NCBI GenBank assembly: GCA_002269645.1
Contig: NIVC01000556.1
Location: 1-64,000, forward strand
Length of the DNA stretch: 64,000 nt
From: Macrostomum lignano
Lineage: Eukaryota
Reading direction: 5' to 3'
Below, piece after piece: positions 39,451-50,466 of the stretch. Each line of letters starts with the position of its first letter. Within the stretch, counting starts at the first letter, position 1. The translations under genes were made by a program, and so were the position numbers. The notes below the pieces were generated by a model. It worked only from the letters and a program-made list of their open reading frames with translations. It had not been told where the DNA came from and made no database searches.

Positions 39451-42400
39451 CGCTCGTCTCCTTTAGTCTCATTAAGAACTGTAGCTATAACTGTAGCGAT
39501 AGTTCAAAAAGCTAGAATTCGTTAAAGAGAATGCATGATATGTACTTTTGCAAATGCATTTTAGGATGCATGCATACACTCAGAAACATGTTGTTTTCAC
39601 CCCGAAACCAGTGATCAACAAGTGGCAGCTTTAATCCAACTCTAGTCGCAACCCTCCACTTTCTCCTGACCAGCCTAAGCTAAGCCTAAGCCTAGCTCGC
39701 ATTTGTGACGCGAATTGCATCATTCCACAGTTGAGAGAATTTATGTAGAAGAATTGATGCAGAGAATTATTTAGAATTTAGAATATACGAGCTACTATTG
39801 AGTTTTATATCGAAAAACAACAATAAATGAATTGACGATAAGAACCAGACTTTCAGCAGTGATGCAACGGCACATGGGCTCCTTTCCCGATAAATGTACG
39901 AGTATACTTACTAACTGTCCTAGTAGCAATGATACTTTTTCTACCCCCTCTCTTATCCAAACAGGTATCTTCCCTCTTAATTTCCCTCTTTCCTATCCCT
40001 TTTTGTACACAATTGTCTTTGGTCTTTTCCTTCTCCTCATGCTTTTTTCTTCTTTTCCATTGTGATTCTACTCCACAGCATACTTTTTCGGGTCATTAAT
40101 TATGTACAGGTACATGTAGATGTAAATCGCAATGGCCGGCCAGCTACCCTAGTTGACAATCTTAAGAATCGTCTGACAATTAAATCTGACGATGAATTAC
40201 AAAATCTAGGAAGATCTGATAGATATCAAGTTATTAGACAGCCACCTGGAATGTGGGTCTGTGGTCAAAAAAGACATAGAGATTTTAACATCAATTGTTT
40301 CGTATCATCAGAGCGTGGCGATATTTATTTTGACATCTGTGACCTGGCCCTACCTCAATTAACAGTCCATGTTTCAAAGCCTTAGATTTGCTCTAAAATA
40401 AATAAGTTATCTTATCTTGGCAGTCATCAACCAATTTCTTTCGCGTTTTCAATTTGTACGTACAAGCTTGACTACAGTTAATTACCACGGCTTTCACGTA
40501 ACGGAGAATACTTATAAACCCATTTTTGCTTATTTAATATTTGAAAAACTTTTTAAAACCTTAAAGTAATACATAATTTAAATTTATATAATAATTAGTG
40601 GATATGGTTTTGTTAATCTTTCAAAAGAATTTGCATTAAGAGCCTGGCTTATCTTTATTAGAAATAAGGAAAGTACATAAACGACTTATAATATTCGTCA
40701 TTTTTCACATTAGGCTAGGCCTACACATTAGTGATTGGGCACATCATTATTAAAATCAGAAACCTGAACTTTTTATATCTTGTCATTGACTTATATCAGG
40801 GTATGATACTAAGAAATCATTTAGTACTAGTACTTGAGACTTAGGCGTACAAGTAGGCCTAGGGGATTTCTATTGGTTAGGACTTAAGAAGAGTAGGACT
40901 AGGATTAGGTTAGGCCTATACTGTTAATTTTGAATATCATCCTTAGTAATTAGGCATAAGCTAAGTTCTAACTAAGTATTGCTAAGACCATGTATTTTTA
41001 CCATGCAAATCATTTTCACTTGTATGTAGGGCCTATAAAAACAAAATAGGCCTAGTATAGGCCTAGTATAAGGCCTATACCCTAGCTAGGCCTATGGCTA
41101 TTTACATATAAATGTGAATGTCAAGTTAAATTTTAAATTTGTCATTATGTCAAATAATTAAATTAATGCCCTACCCATTAACTTGATGAATATTGTTATG
41201 TTATGTATAGACATGTAAATGCTTAGCCTTAGCCTAGTTATTAGAAATTTGTTTTTTCAAGTAGGCCTAGCTAGGCCTAGTTTATAATCATGATATAGGC
41301 CTATAGCATGCATAGCAGACAACACAACCTCTGAAATTAAGTATTAATCAGGCTATACAATGGTGTAGAGTGGACATAAAATGGTTAAAATGTTAATTAA
41401 ACTGGACATCATTGACATGAATATGGTGAAGCAAATATTAAAAAGGGGGAAATATGCAAAAATAAAAAGAGCAGAAACTGGGGCATAAAGGCCAGAACCG
41501 GGGAACAAAAGGCCAGACCCAGGGAGCAAGAAATGACAAAAGGGTGACGCTAGGGGCAGCACCTCAAAGTGGATGTAGGAGGGCCAAACCCAGGACAAAT
41601 GACAAAAACACCCAGAAAAAGAACGTATTTAAAAATTGTCAGTGGTAAACACCCACCTACCACAATAGCTTAACACATTTAATGCAGGCATAGTACTGCA
41701 TCCTATGTTAGTCATTAATGCATAGGAGGGTATCATATAATAACAAAATACTCCTTATTAGACAAGGACTAAATGTTGATTTATTTGCAAAAAATAAAAA
41801 TTATAATTCTTAAAACAGCAAGCTGCTATTATCCGATTGCTATATAATGTCTTGCTTAGTTCTTCTTATTCTTCCATGATTGTAGCTACTAAGTGCGCAT
41901 TTTCTGTTTCCATACTCTTTCTGACAAAGTTGTGCACACAATTAGGTGATGTCACATTGTTAAATACAGTTAGATATAGAAATTTTGTCAATAACTGTTT
42001 TAACAATACTAAACTCCAAGGGGTATCCCAAAAGTTCCCGGAATCTTTGCTCTAGCTCCTCAGTACCTTGACCAATTTTAATGTTTTATGTGTCAAACTA
42101 AAGATAATTTTTCAATGAAAAATTTGTCATTTGATTTTCTTTTCTATCTCATTTTGTTTTTGAGTTCAATCAGGAAATGTGAAGGAAGGTCAGCACTAAT
42201 GTTACACAACCTCAAATGTCTGTGGTGCCATTTTTCCATCATCATTTTTGCACAATTCAACTTTGAATTTTTCAGAAAGATATGGAAATGTCTATGGATG
42301 AAACCAGGAAAATTGCTGATCAGATCTAGTGGTGCCAGCACTTGCCTTTTCCATACCAAATGCTTGCTTTTGGCTAAAGGTTTAAAGATAAGTTCTCTCA

Positions 42401-43698
42401 ATAGCCTTGAAAGTCAGCAGAGTCAAGTTTTCACCCTGTGGGGGCTGTAAGAGCATGGCTGCTGGTCATTCAAAGTGGAACTGTGGAAGTGTAGCTTGTC
42501 TAACAAATATTAGGAAAATAAACCTCAATAAAAACATAAAATAAAATTTTTCTTTATAGCCAATATATTTTATCAAATACAAAATGTTGTCAGGGCAATG
42601 CTGTTCTCACCGTGGATTGAGAAAAGATGATTAGCAGTTTTGGCTCCACTCTATCCTGTAGACCACAAGGCAAAAATTTTTTGCAATTTTTTATATATTT
42701 TTATAAACCACCATAGTAGTTTTAGTTATTTAAGTTACTATAAAGCCTATAATAATAAAGAAGTTTAAAAGCTGATTTTTATGTCATAACATCTATCATA
42801 ACATATCAAATTTAACTTTGGCACCCTAAATTAAAGTTGGGGACACCCCAAATGCCAAATTGGCACCTTGTTTTTTCCAAGCTATGAATAGATGTTAGCT
42901 AAAGTTATTATTCTTTATAATTCATGTTTAGTTTGATATAAAAATATTATAATTATTGGGATTCTTACAATTTTAAGATTTTTATCAATTGTAAAGTTTG
43001 GCTATAGTTATTGACATAGCTAGTTGTCTATAGGAGGCTATAGATAATTGTTTTCAGATTGAAAATATAGATATGGATATGGTATTATTAGTTCCAAAGC
43101 TTTTGTATAGGGAACTCTTAAAGTCTCCAGGGTTAGAGACTCAAGTAAAAAATTTTTGACACCTCCAGCAATTGGCACCCCCCCATTGGGAAGCCAACAA
43201 AGAATGAAATAATTTTTTAAATAAACTAAATGTAACTTCTGATCTCTTAGCCTTGATATCTGAGCAATCCCCACTATAATCTTTGACATCTTGATTCCCT
43301 CCATAAGCCTTGACATCTCTGCAATTCTTCCCAAGAGTCACAGAATTATAGCAATTCTTCCAAGCCTTAATGATCTTAAATGATTCCCAAATGAATCTTT
43401 TATGTCTAACATGACGCTTCTCTTATGTTTGAGATGATACTTCTTTTATAGAGACAACCCATTTTTAGTGTATAGGTAAGTATATGAATTAATGTGACTG
43501 CACTGCCTACTTTTCATACATACTCATACTCAGGATTGATAAGCACTCACATAGAAATCTTAGGTCGTACTGGCAGTTTAAAACTAATTTTTAGCAGTTT
43601 AAAAATGTCTTTACAAATGTTTATCAAACCCATCATATTAATAGTTGAGTTTTGTAGACGTGCAGTACTATTGTTGCAGTCTCTTTACTCCAGTTAAA

Positions 43699-44301
43699 AT
43701 GAGCAACCAGAAGCAGCAACAGCAGTCGACTGCTTCTTCAAATTCTGCCGCAGCAGATTCAGTAGCGACAGATTCTGTCGATGTACAAACAGTTAAACGA
43801 TTGCTAAACGAATGCGGCGTGTTTGACTACGAGCCGGCCGTGGTGCAACAGCTGGTAGAGTTCATGTACCGGTACTGCACAGACCGGCTGGACGATGCCA
43901 GGGCTTATGCTCAACACGCTGGCAAGAAATCTGTAGATTTAGAAGATTTAAAACTAGCGTCCGCCTGTCACGCCGACTTAGATCTGGTGTCGCCGCCGCC
44001 TCGTGAACTGCTGACCGAGGTGGCTCAGGCTAAAAATGCTCAACTATTGCCGCCAATTAAAACTTATTGCGGAGTCCGTTTGCCGCCTGAGAAGTTTTGC
44101 TTAACCCAGCCGAATTATAAGGCTAAGCTGCGCAAAGCCGAGGCCAGGGCGGCTGTGGTTGCGTCTGGCGCTGGCGGCAGCAGATCTGGCGCGGTCGGAC
44201 ACGGGCTGGTGTCGACGCCGTCGGCTAGGTCGTCTGCCAGATCATCAGCTCCGACAACCGGTAGTGGCACATTGAAACGGAAGTTTACCGAGGCTGATTA
44301 A
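43699..44301 (+). CDS. TAF9: TFIID subunit 9 (histone H3-like fold), 200 aa, single coding exon
   Basis: GVFDYEPAVVQQLVEFMYRY...LDDARAYAQHAGKKSVDLEDLKLA...SPPPRELL...LPPIKTYCGVRLPPEKFCLTQPNY matches TAF9. Probable 5'-UTR intron at 43476-43693 (AG|GTAAGT ... TTTACTCCAG|TTAAAATG). Confidence 0.95.
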   Translation: MSNQKQQQQSTASSNSAAADSVATDSVDVQTVKRLLNECGVFDYEPAVVQQLVEFMYRYCTDRLDDARAYAQHAGKKSVDLEDLKLASACHADLDLVSPPPRELLTEVAQAKNAQLLPPIKTYCGVRLPPEKFCLTQPNYKAKLRKAEARAAVVASGAGGSRSGAVGHGLVSTPSARSSARSSAPTTGSGTLKRKFTEAD

Positions 44302-44419
44302 TGATTGTCCCGCATTCTAGATATCAATCTTTTCACTCTGCAACCTGCTCGATAATGCGAGCTGTCTTCTTATTTCACTGGCTTCATTCTTTTCCTTCGT
44401 TTTTATTCCGGTATTTTAT

Positions 44420-44830
44420 TCCTCCTAACTCCTCTCCGCTCACTCCTATCTCCTCCGCTCACTCCTATCTCCTCTCCTCTCCGCTCCCTCCCTACCTCCT
44501 CCGCTCGTATCTCCGCTCACTCCTACCTCCTCTCCGCTCACTCCCATCCTCTCCTCTCCGCTCCCTCCTGCCTCCTCCGCTCCCTCCTACCTCCTCACCG
44601 CTCCCTCCTACCTCCTCCGCTCCCTCTTACCTCCTCACCGCTCCCTCCTACCTCCTCCGCTCCCTCCTACCTCCTCACCGCTCCCTTCTACCTCCGCTCC
44701 CTTTTACCTCCTTTCCGTTCCCTCCTACCTTTTCTTTGTTGTCTCCAACCTCCTCTCCACCCCTCTGCTCCCTCCTAATGATACCGTCTCTCCGCTGTCT
44801 CCTACATTCTCTCCGCTCTTTTCTACAATA
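44420..44830. repeat. C/T-rich low-complexity repeat (CTCCCTCCTACCTCCTCCG-like)
   Basis: Tandem degenerate units. Confidence 0.85.
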
Positions 44831-45835
44831 TCTTCGCTTTTCATCTATATTTCTTCCATTGTCTTACCCTGTATTTTGCTTCTCTTATCTGAATACGCGT
44901 TTATTCCCCATTATTTTCCCTCTGTCTTTTTGTGCATTGTTTGCACTATTGTTACCCTGAAACGCAGAATCGTATTCTGTTGATCAGTTGTTGCTTTCTT
45001 CAATTTTTTTCGCTACTTGTAAATATGAAACATATTCCTAGCAAGGTTTTGTATGATAACTCAGTTGCTGACCCAATATCGATGGAAAATTACTATTATT
45101 AGCAAACCCAAATTTTCTCTGCAGATGTTTCTTTTGGCATTTTTAGTGCAACTGTACTAATAATTAAGGCAACTTGAACAAATTAATAGTGTAATATTGT
45201 TTCTACTCGCGGCGGTTACAGACCTACTTCTCTATTGTGGATTCAAACCTTAATTGTGCTAAAGTTAATTAAACATCGAATCAATTATAATCTCTGTAAA
45301 ATTCGACCAGATAAAATCAATATCAAATACAAGATACTTTCAGTAACTTCCCTGCTAATAAATGCTTTTAAAATTTAATCTACATTCACATGTTTTGTCC
45401 GTTGTAGCTTTGTATAGCATAGTATTGTTTTTTAATGTCATAAAGCCCTCATTAACATTTTCTAACAGTGAAACTAAATAAATAATTGCCAAACTGTTGA
45501 CTTCCTTTCTTGTATATTGTTTATTTCTGCTTTCCGTTTTTACAATAGGAGTGATAGTATCGTACCAAACAATACCCTACCCACGTATTTTTTCATCGAA
45601 CTATGTATAGCAAACGGCAGTGCCGCAAATCAGGGCGACGGGCCACCTGTATCCATTGAGGAGGAGGCAAGCAGTTGTGCTTATTCCGCTTACCCCCGAG
45701 AGTGTCTGCGACACACACTGGTTTGTTGGTCTTGAATTTCCATCCGTTTAAAAACAGTAAAACACTAATCTGTGGGACACACTTGACCTTTTCTAGTATA
45801 AGCGTTATGACTTCTAATCAGGTAATATTTATTTC

Positions 45836-48800
45836 ATGGAGTCCAAGCTGCCAGAACAACAACAACAGCAGAGTCAAGAGCAGCAACAGGCAAATCAGCT
45901 TCGCAAGTCGCTCTGGTCGTCGTTACGTCGACTTCGTAACCAAGCGGAACAAGTATTGTTGTTAGGCAACAACGAGGCTATTAATTCCTGTCTGACTAGA
46001 CTAAATTTCGAAGCCGATCGCCTTGAAAGCATAGCAAATAATGGTTCTGTATCGGAGTTGTCCAACGACACTGATCTAGAAAAAAAACCTATTGTTAAAG
46101 TTGATTTTACAGTTGCCAAAGCATCGGCTACAAGTATTTCTGCAGATAGTATTGTTACCGAAAACATTGGAGCTACCAACTCTTGTATTAATGAGAATAA
46201 AGCAAATGTCACCGAGTTAGACTCCGATGTAGTTAAAACATCCTCAGATGCTGATGCTGTGGACAATCCTGAAGACTATATCCGGCATAATGCAGCCAAT
46301 ACCAGTAAAAGTGAAGAAGATAGTAATGATGACAGCAAAAGTAATTCAAGCAAGGAAGAAACGATATTTCCCCAATTTGTTGAGCTGATGCCTTCAATAA
46401 ATGTTGAATCGACAGAGAAGCCAATTGATTGGTCAAGCGTTAGTTACGTGACTTCATCGCAGCATGGATTAGCTCTTCTTTGTAGCGACGGGCGTTCATT
46501 TATTTGGAAGTTAAGCAGAGCCAAGAATAGTTTCGAGCTTGTGTTTGTAGACCTTGAGTTGCTAGCCTTTTTGACTCCGCTTGCATGGCAGCCTCCGATA
46601 TTTCTCGTTCGCAAGTTACAAGACCAGTTTGAGCAGTTACGTATTCTGAGGCTTGCTGATGAATCAAAAGTTGAAGTTACGAGCATAGAATTTCCAAAGA
46701 ATGTTGGTAGACCATTGGCAGCCGATAGTACTAACATTTTGCTGGATAAAGTCGGTAAATCAGACTGCAGACGGGATCTGCGTGCGCTTATATTGACCGA
46801 TAGCGGCCAGTTTTTATCCTTGTCAATCGTTGCTTCCAATTCAGGTGTAGAAAATTGTCGCATTTCGACTAATTTAGTCCCTTGCAAAATTGTCACAGAC
46901 GCGGCTGCTTTGTCATCCATTAAATTGCGCTGTTTACCATCGATCAATCTTGCAATTATTGTTGACTTTGCTGTTGGAGTGGGTTGCATTGTAGACGCCA
47001 TCACTGGCATAGAACAGCGACGCTTTGTCGTTGACTTTCCGTTTGTTGATGCGGTTTCTTTGCCTAAGCTTGTTGCATCGCCTGGTTCCGGTCTGTTTGC
47101 AGTTGCCGATGCCAACGGCTGTGTCAGCCTGCGCGACGCTCAACTCGACGACTGTCCCACGATTGGACGATTCCGACCAATAACATTCAGAGAAATTCTT
47201 ACAGGTTTGAGCAACTCTGGCGACTCCATTCTGTTTATCGACGCCAAAGATGCGTCTAATGGTTCTTTGATTTTGCGTAGCTATAAACAAATAGAATCTG
47301 TTGATCCGAATTCTGAGGCTGCGACTCTGTGTCGATCGGGAGATAAATTCTGTCTGGTTATGGGTACACTATCGTTGCAATATGGCGGCGATGGCAGTCA
47401 AGCCATTGAACTCGCCGCTTCCTTTTGGCTTCCAGCCACAACATCTTGGCTATCTGTTCTGCGTGTTGATGAAGATGGGCAGCCTACGGAAATGGCTGCT
47501 CTGACCAGCGCTGGTGATCTAATGTTGTCGTCTGGTGTCAATGGAGTTGTTCGGGTTGCTACTGGTCCATCCGTTCGATTAGTTCGTGCTGCAATGTTTA
47601 AAACATCTTGTCGGTGTATTGTTGGCATGGTCACCGTTTCAACCAAGGAGCCTGAAGTTCTGCGCTTATTCGATTCGACCAGGGGTTTTGCTGCGTCTAA
47701 AATGCTTGGTGGAGAAATCGTCGCTCTTTCAATCTCATCGGAGCTTAATCGCGTCTTTGTCGCATTAGCGCGTTCAGCTTCTCTTGCTCCTGGTGTTTCT
47801 GTCGCTTACATTCGTGTTGTCGCTTTGCGTGTCCGCGCCACAGCTGGAGGTATTTGTTTAGCGAATGATTTGCCACCAGATGTCTTATTTTCGACCGAAA
47901 AAAATAAATTACCGGTTGACATGTGCTGCCTTCCTAATGGTGGCCTAATCCTATTGGCTTATATCGATGCTGTTGATGTGCACGATTGTTTCGACGGTCG
48001 GTATCTGAGGAGTATTGATTTAAGTTCTACGCCGTTTTTACCTTGGCCGCCTCAGCAGCAAGTTTTGAGTCCACTCGGTGAAGCTTCAAGCTGTGCAATT
48101 TTAGTCAGTGGCGATCAGATTAAGTTTTTTGCCAATCTTGACTCTGAGATTAAAGATGAGGATGATGAGGATGATGTTATAGTTTGCAACAGAGACGTGT
48201 ATTTGACACCGATGTCAGAAACAACCAACTGGTCACTTGCCGGATTCCTCGACGGTTGTTTAATTTGCGCAAATTTTCGAAAAGAGTCATTAATGGAAGA
48301 GAATGCCGAAAAGTTCACTAATGTTAAGCTACTTTCGCTTAATAGTCTACACTTTAGCACTTCTAAATTCCTTAACCCGGTGGTGTATCTGTCGGAAATG
48401 GCAACGCCTGATCCGGAGTACAATAATCTAATTCACCGCGTCTCCAATAGTGTCTTTGAGCTACACCTTCCAGGTTCTGAAACCTGTCGTATTGAGGAGT
48501 GTCCGATGGGCGTGTCGCTATGTTTAACCAAAGCTGTCAATACCAACACCGATATTTTTTGGCTTTTTGCTATTTGGGGTCCCCTCGATTTCAATCACGG
48601 CCTCTGCAACACAGGTTTCGTCTCTATTAGGCATTTTACAATAGCTGACATATCTTTTCTACTCTTATCAAATGATGTGATTACATTCGACAAACTTTTT
48701 ACCCGACCGGCTTTAGATCACGCCGGTGTCGACATAAGCTTAGCAGCGCCTCCCATAGTTGACTTTCGTTGCCAAATGCTTGCTGCGGCATCCACACCGC

Positions 48801-49540
48801 TTGGGAGACATTGCCTCGTCTGGATTGTTGATCCATCAGGCCGCACCGTTAATACGCCACGCAAATTTCTTGTTCCCGACGCTTTGGCTGGAAACACAGA
48901 TGTCGGCACTCTTCGCTCGGTTTTAGTTACTGACGCCGTAGTGCTTCTATTCAATGAACGGCGTATTTTATTGTTATCACATGGCTCCTTTGCACCATTG
49001 ATACGTCTAAAGCTTTGCGCCCATTCTCCAGCTATTTCAACAGTATCACGAAATCAGTTCAATAAGCAGCAGTTCTCAGTCATTTTTTCGGACAGTCGAC
49101 AAGCATTAGTCCTAGCACCGAGCTTACTTCACGTGGAAGCTTCAGGTAGCACCGAATATTGCTTAGTTTCGCTTGATCCTTTACCGATTTCCGGAATTCA
49201 AATTGATCTTGACAGCGAAAAAGTGTCACCTCCGCCACTTTTATCAGTTAGCTGTGTACCTTGTTCATCTAGAATTTTTTACTACACTACTTACTCCTTA
49301 CAACAAAAGACCGACTCCGACGGTAGCGGTTCTTCTATTGTGTCTGTTCGATCCGGTAATTCAAATTCAGCCGGTGCTCGACTTAACTGTCGCCAGATTG
49401 CTTGGACGTCACGCATCGATCACTTGGCCGGTCTGCCAGCCTCTATGCCAGTTGATGGCGGCAGCTTTGATGACTTAGTAGTTGACAGCCGAGAGCCACC
49501 AATAATTCTTGCAGCCGATAGCACCGGTCGCTTCTATTGA
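45836..49540 (+). CDS. Large intronless protein of unknown function, probably multi-bladed beta-propeller (N-terminal 1234 aa)
   Basis: 3.7-kb stop-free non-repetitive ORF in AT-rich DNA. Coiled/acidic N-terminus followed by repeated short hydrophobic beta-strand-like segments. Family not recognised. Confidence 0.75.
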   Translation: MESKLPEQQQQQSQEQQQANQLRKSLWSSLRRLRNQAEQVLLLGNNEAINSCLTRLNFEADRLESIANNGSVSELSNDTDLEKKPIVKVDFTVAKASATSISADSIVTENIGATNSCINENKANVTELDSDVVKTSSDADAVDNPEDYIRHNAANTSKSEEDSNDDSKSNSSKEETIFPQFVELMPSINVESTEKPIDWSSVSYVTSSQHGLALLCSDGRSFIWKLSRAKNSFELVFVDLELLAFLTPLAWQPPIFLVRKLQDQFEQLRILRLADESKVEVTSIEFPKNVGRPLAADSTNILLDKVGKSDCRRDLRALILTDSGQFLSLSIVASNSGVENCRISTNLVPCKIVTDAAALSSIKLRCLPSINLAIIVDFAVGVGCIVDAITGIEQRRFVVDFPFVDAVSLPKLVASPGSGLFAVADANGCVSLRDAQLDDCPTIGRFRPITFREILTGLSNSGDSILFIDAKDASNGSLILRSYKQIESVDPNSEAATLCRSGDKFCLVMGTLSLQYGGDGSQAIELAASFWLPATTSWLSVLRVDEDGQPTEMAALTSAGDLMLSSGVNGVVRVATGPSVRLVRAAMFKTSCRCIVGMVTVSTKEPEVLRLFDSTRGFAASKMLGGEIVALSISSELNRVFVALARSASLAPGVSVAYIRVVALRVRATAGGICLANDLPPDVLFSTEKNKLPVDMCCLPNGGLILLAYIDAVDVHDCFDGRYLRSIDLSSTPFLPWPPQQQVLSPLGEASSCAILVSGDQIKFFANLDSEIKDEDDEDDVIVCNRDVYLTPMSETTNWSLAGFLDGCLICANFRKESLMEENAEKFTNVKLLSLNSLHFSTSKFLNPVVYLSEMATPDPEYNNLIHRVSNSVFELHLPGSETCRIEECPMGVSLCLTKAVNTNTDIFWLFAIWGPLDFNHGLCNTGFVSIRHFTIADISFLLLSNDVITFDKLFTRPALDHAGVDISLAAPPIVDFRCQMLAAASTPLGRHCLVWIVDPSGRTVNTPRKFLVPDALAGNTDVGTLRSVLVTDAVVLLFNERRILLLSHGSFAPLIRLKLCAHSPAISTVSRNQFNKQQFSVIFSDSRQALVLAPSLLHVEASGSTEYCLVSLDPLPISGIQIDLDSEKVSPPPLLSVSCVPCSSRIFYYTTYSLQQKTDSDGSGSSIVSVRSGNSNSAGARLNCRQIAWTSRIDHLAGLPASMPVDGGSFDDLVVDSREPPIILAADSTGRFY

Positions 49541-50466
49541 TGCTACCCAGCAGCGGTCGCGTTTCGGATTATCGTCAGTTGTTCGCTCCACTTCGTCGAC
49601 TAAGCGTTGGTGTCTATCGCAATCGTGTGTTTGCTATGTGCATCCTAGAACCACATGGAGTCGCTGTAGCCGTAGGCATCGATCTAGCCAGCGGTCGCTT
49701 TGATGCCAAAGAGCCTATACTGCTTGGAGTAAAGGCCGGGCCCGCTGGACTAGCCTTAGTTGGCGACGCATTCTATTTAGCTTTTGTCGACGCTTCCGAT
49801 GCTGATGCGCGTCGATGCTGTCTTTGTGTATTACAAAAGTTTTCGTCTAATTCGGCTGGTACTAATCAATTTTTGCCTCATTTTCCAGCTAATCGGCCTC
49901 CAATTCGCGATTTGGCCACTGCTGGTGTTGATTATTCTGGCACAAATCGCCGCCTATTAATACTTGACGCTGGCGGCATCGTTATCTGGGACGTAGGTTT
50001 GCCGGCATGTCGCCTATTGACAGTTTTATTGCCGCCGCCCGATCTGCGCGTACTAGCTATGTGTCCGGCTGCTTGCCAGAATCCACTTACAACTGTTGCT
50101 TATCCAGAGCGGCGTCTATTCCTTGTTTACGAAAATGTCAAAGAAACCGAACCTAGAGGTCCTAATAATAATGACAATAATTCATATACTCGTAAGAAGA
50201 TCAAAAGTTGCTCAGTTGGGTTCATTCATTTGCCTCATCCACCAGTGCCTCAGCCGAATGTTCCACCAAAGCTTCAATCTCAGCTGCGTCCTAATTTGCT
50301 AATGCAACAGCAACTGCAGCAACCAGTACTATTTTCTACTGGAAATCCTTTGTTACTTCCTCGATTGCCAGATTCTACTAGTTGGATGGCAACCAGCCAA
50401 TCGGCTCAATGGTCAGTTAGACCAGTATTTCCCGCTGTTAGCAATCCAGTTTGGCGACCTTTATGA
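49537..50466 (+). CDS. Continuation (309 aa) of the preceding ORF in the -1 frame, or a separately reinitiated ORF
   Basis: TTCTATTGATG junction: TGA at 49538-49540 overlaps ATG at 49540-49542. Same composition and strand-like pattern as the upstream ORF. Confidence 0.65.
   Translation: MMLPSSGRVSDYRQLFAPLRRLSVGVYRNRVFAMCILEPHGVAVAVGIDLASGRFDAKEPILLGVKAGPAGLALVGDAFYLAFVDASDADARRCCLCVLQKFSSNSAGTNQFLPHFPANRPPIRDLATAGVDYSGTNRRLLILDAGGIVIWDVGLPACRLLTVLLPPPDLRVLAMCPAACQNPLTTVAYPERRLFLVYENVKETEPRGPNNNDNNSYTRKKIKSCSVGFIHLPHPPVPQPNVPPKLQSQLRPNLLMQQQLQQPVLFSTGNPLLLPRLPDSTSWMATSQSAQWSVRPVFPAVSNPVWRPL

Noticed and set aside
41830-42480. Minus-strand protein-like stretch (SDQQFSWFHP*TFPYLSEKFKVELCK...)
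   Set aside because: May be a transposase fossil, but stop density is near random and I recognise no family motif.
44301-44960. 219-aa ORF overlapping the TAF9 stop (TAATG)
   Set aside because: Translation of a C/T-rich low-complexity repeat.
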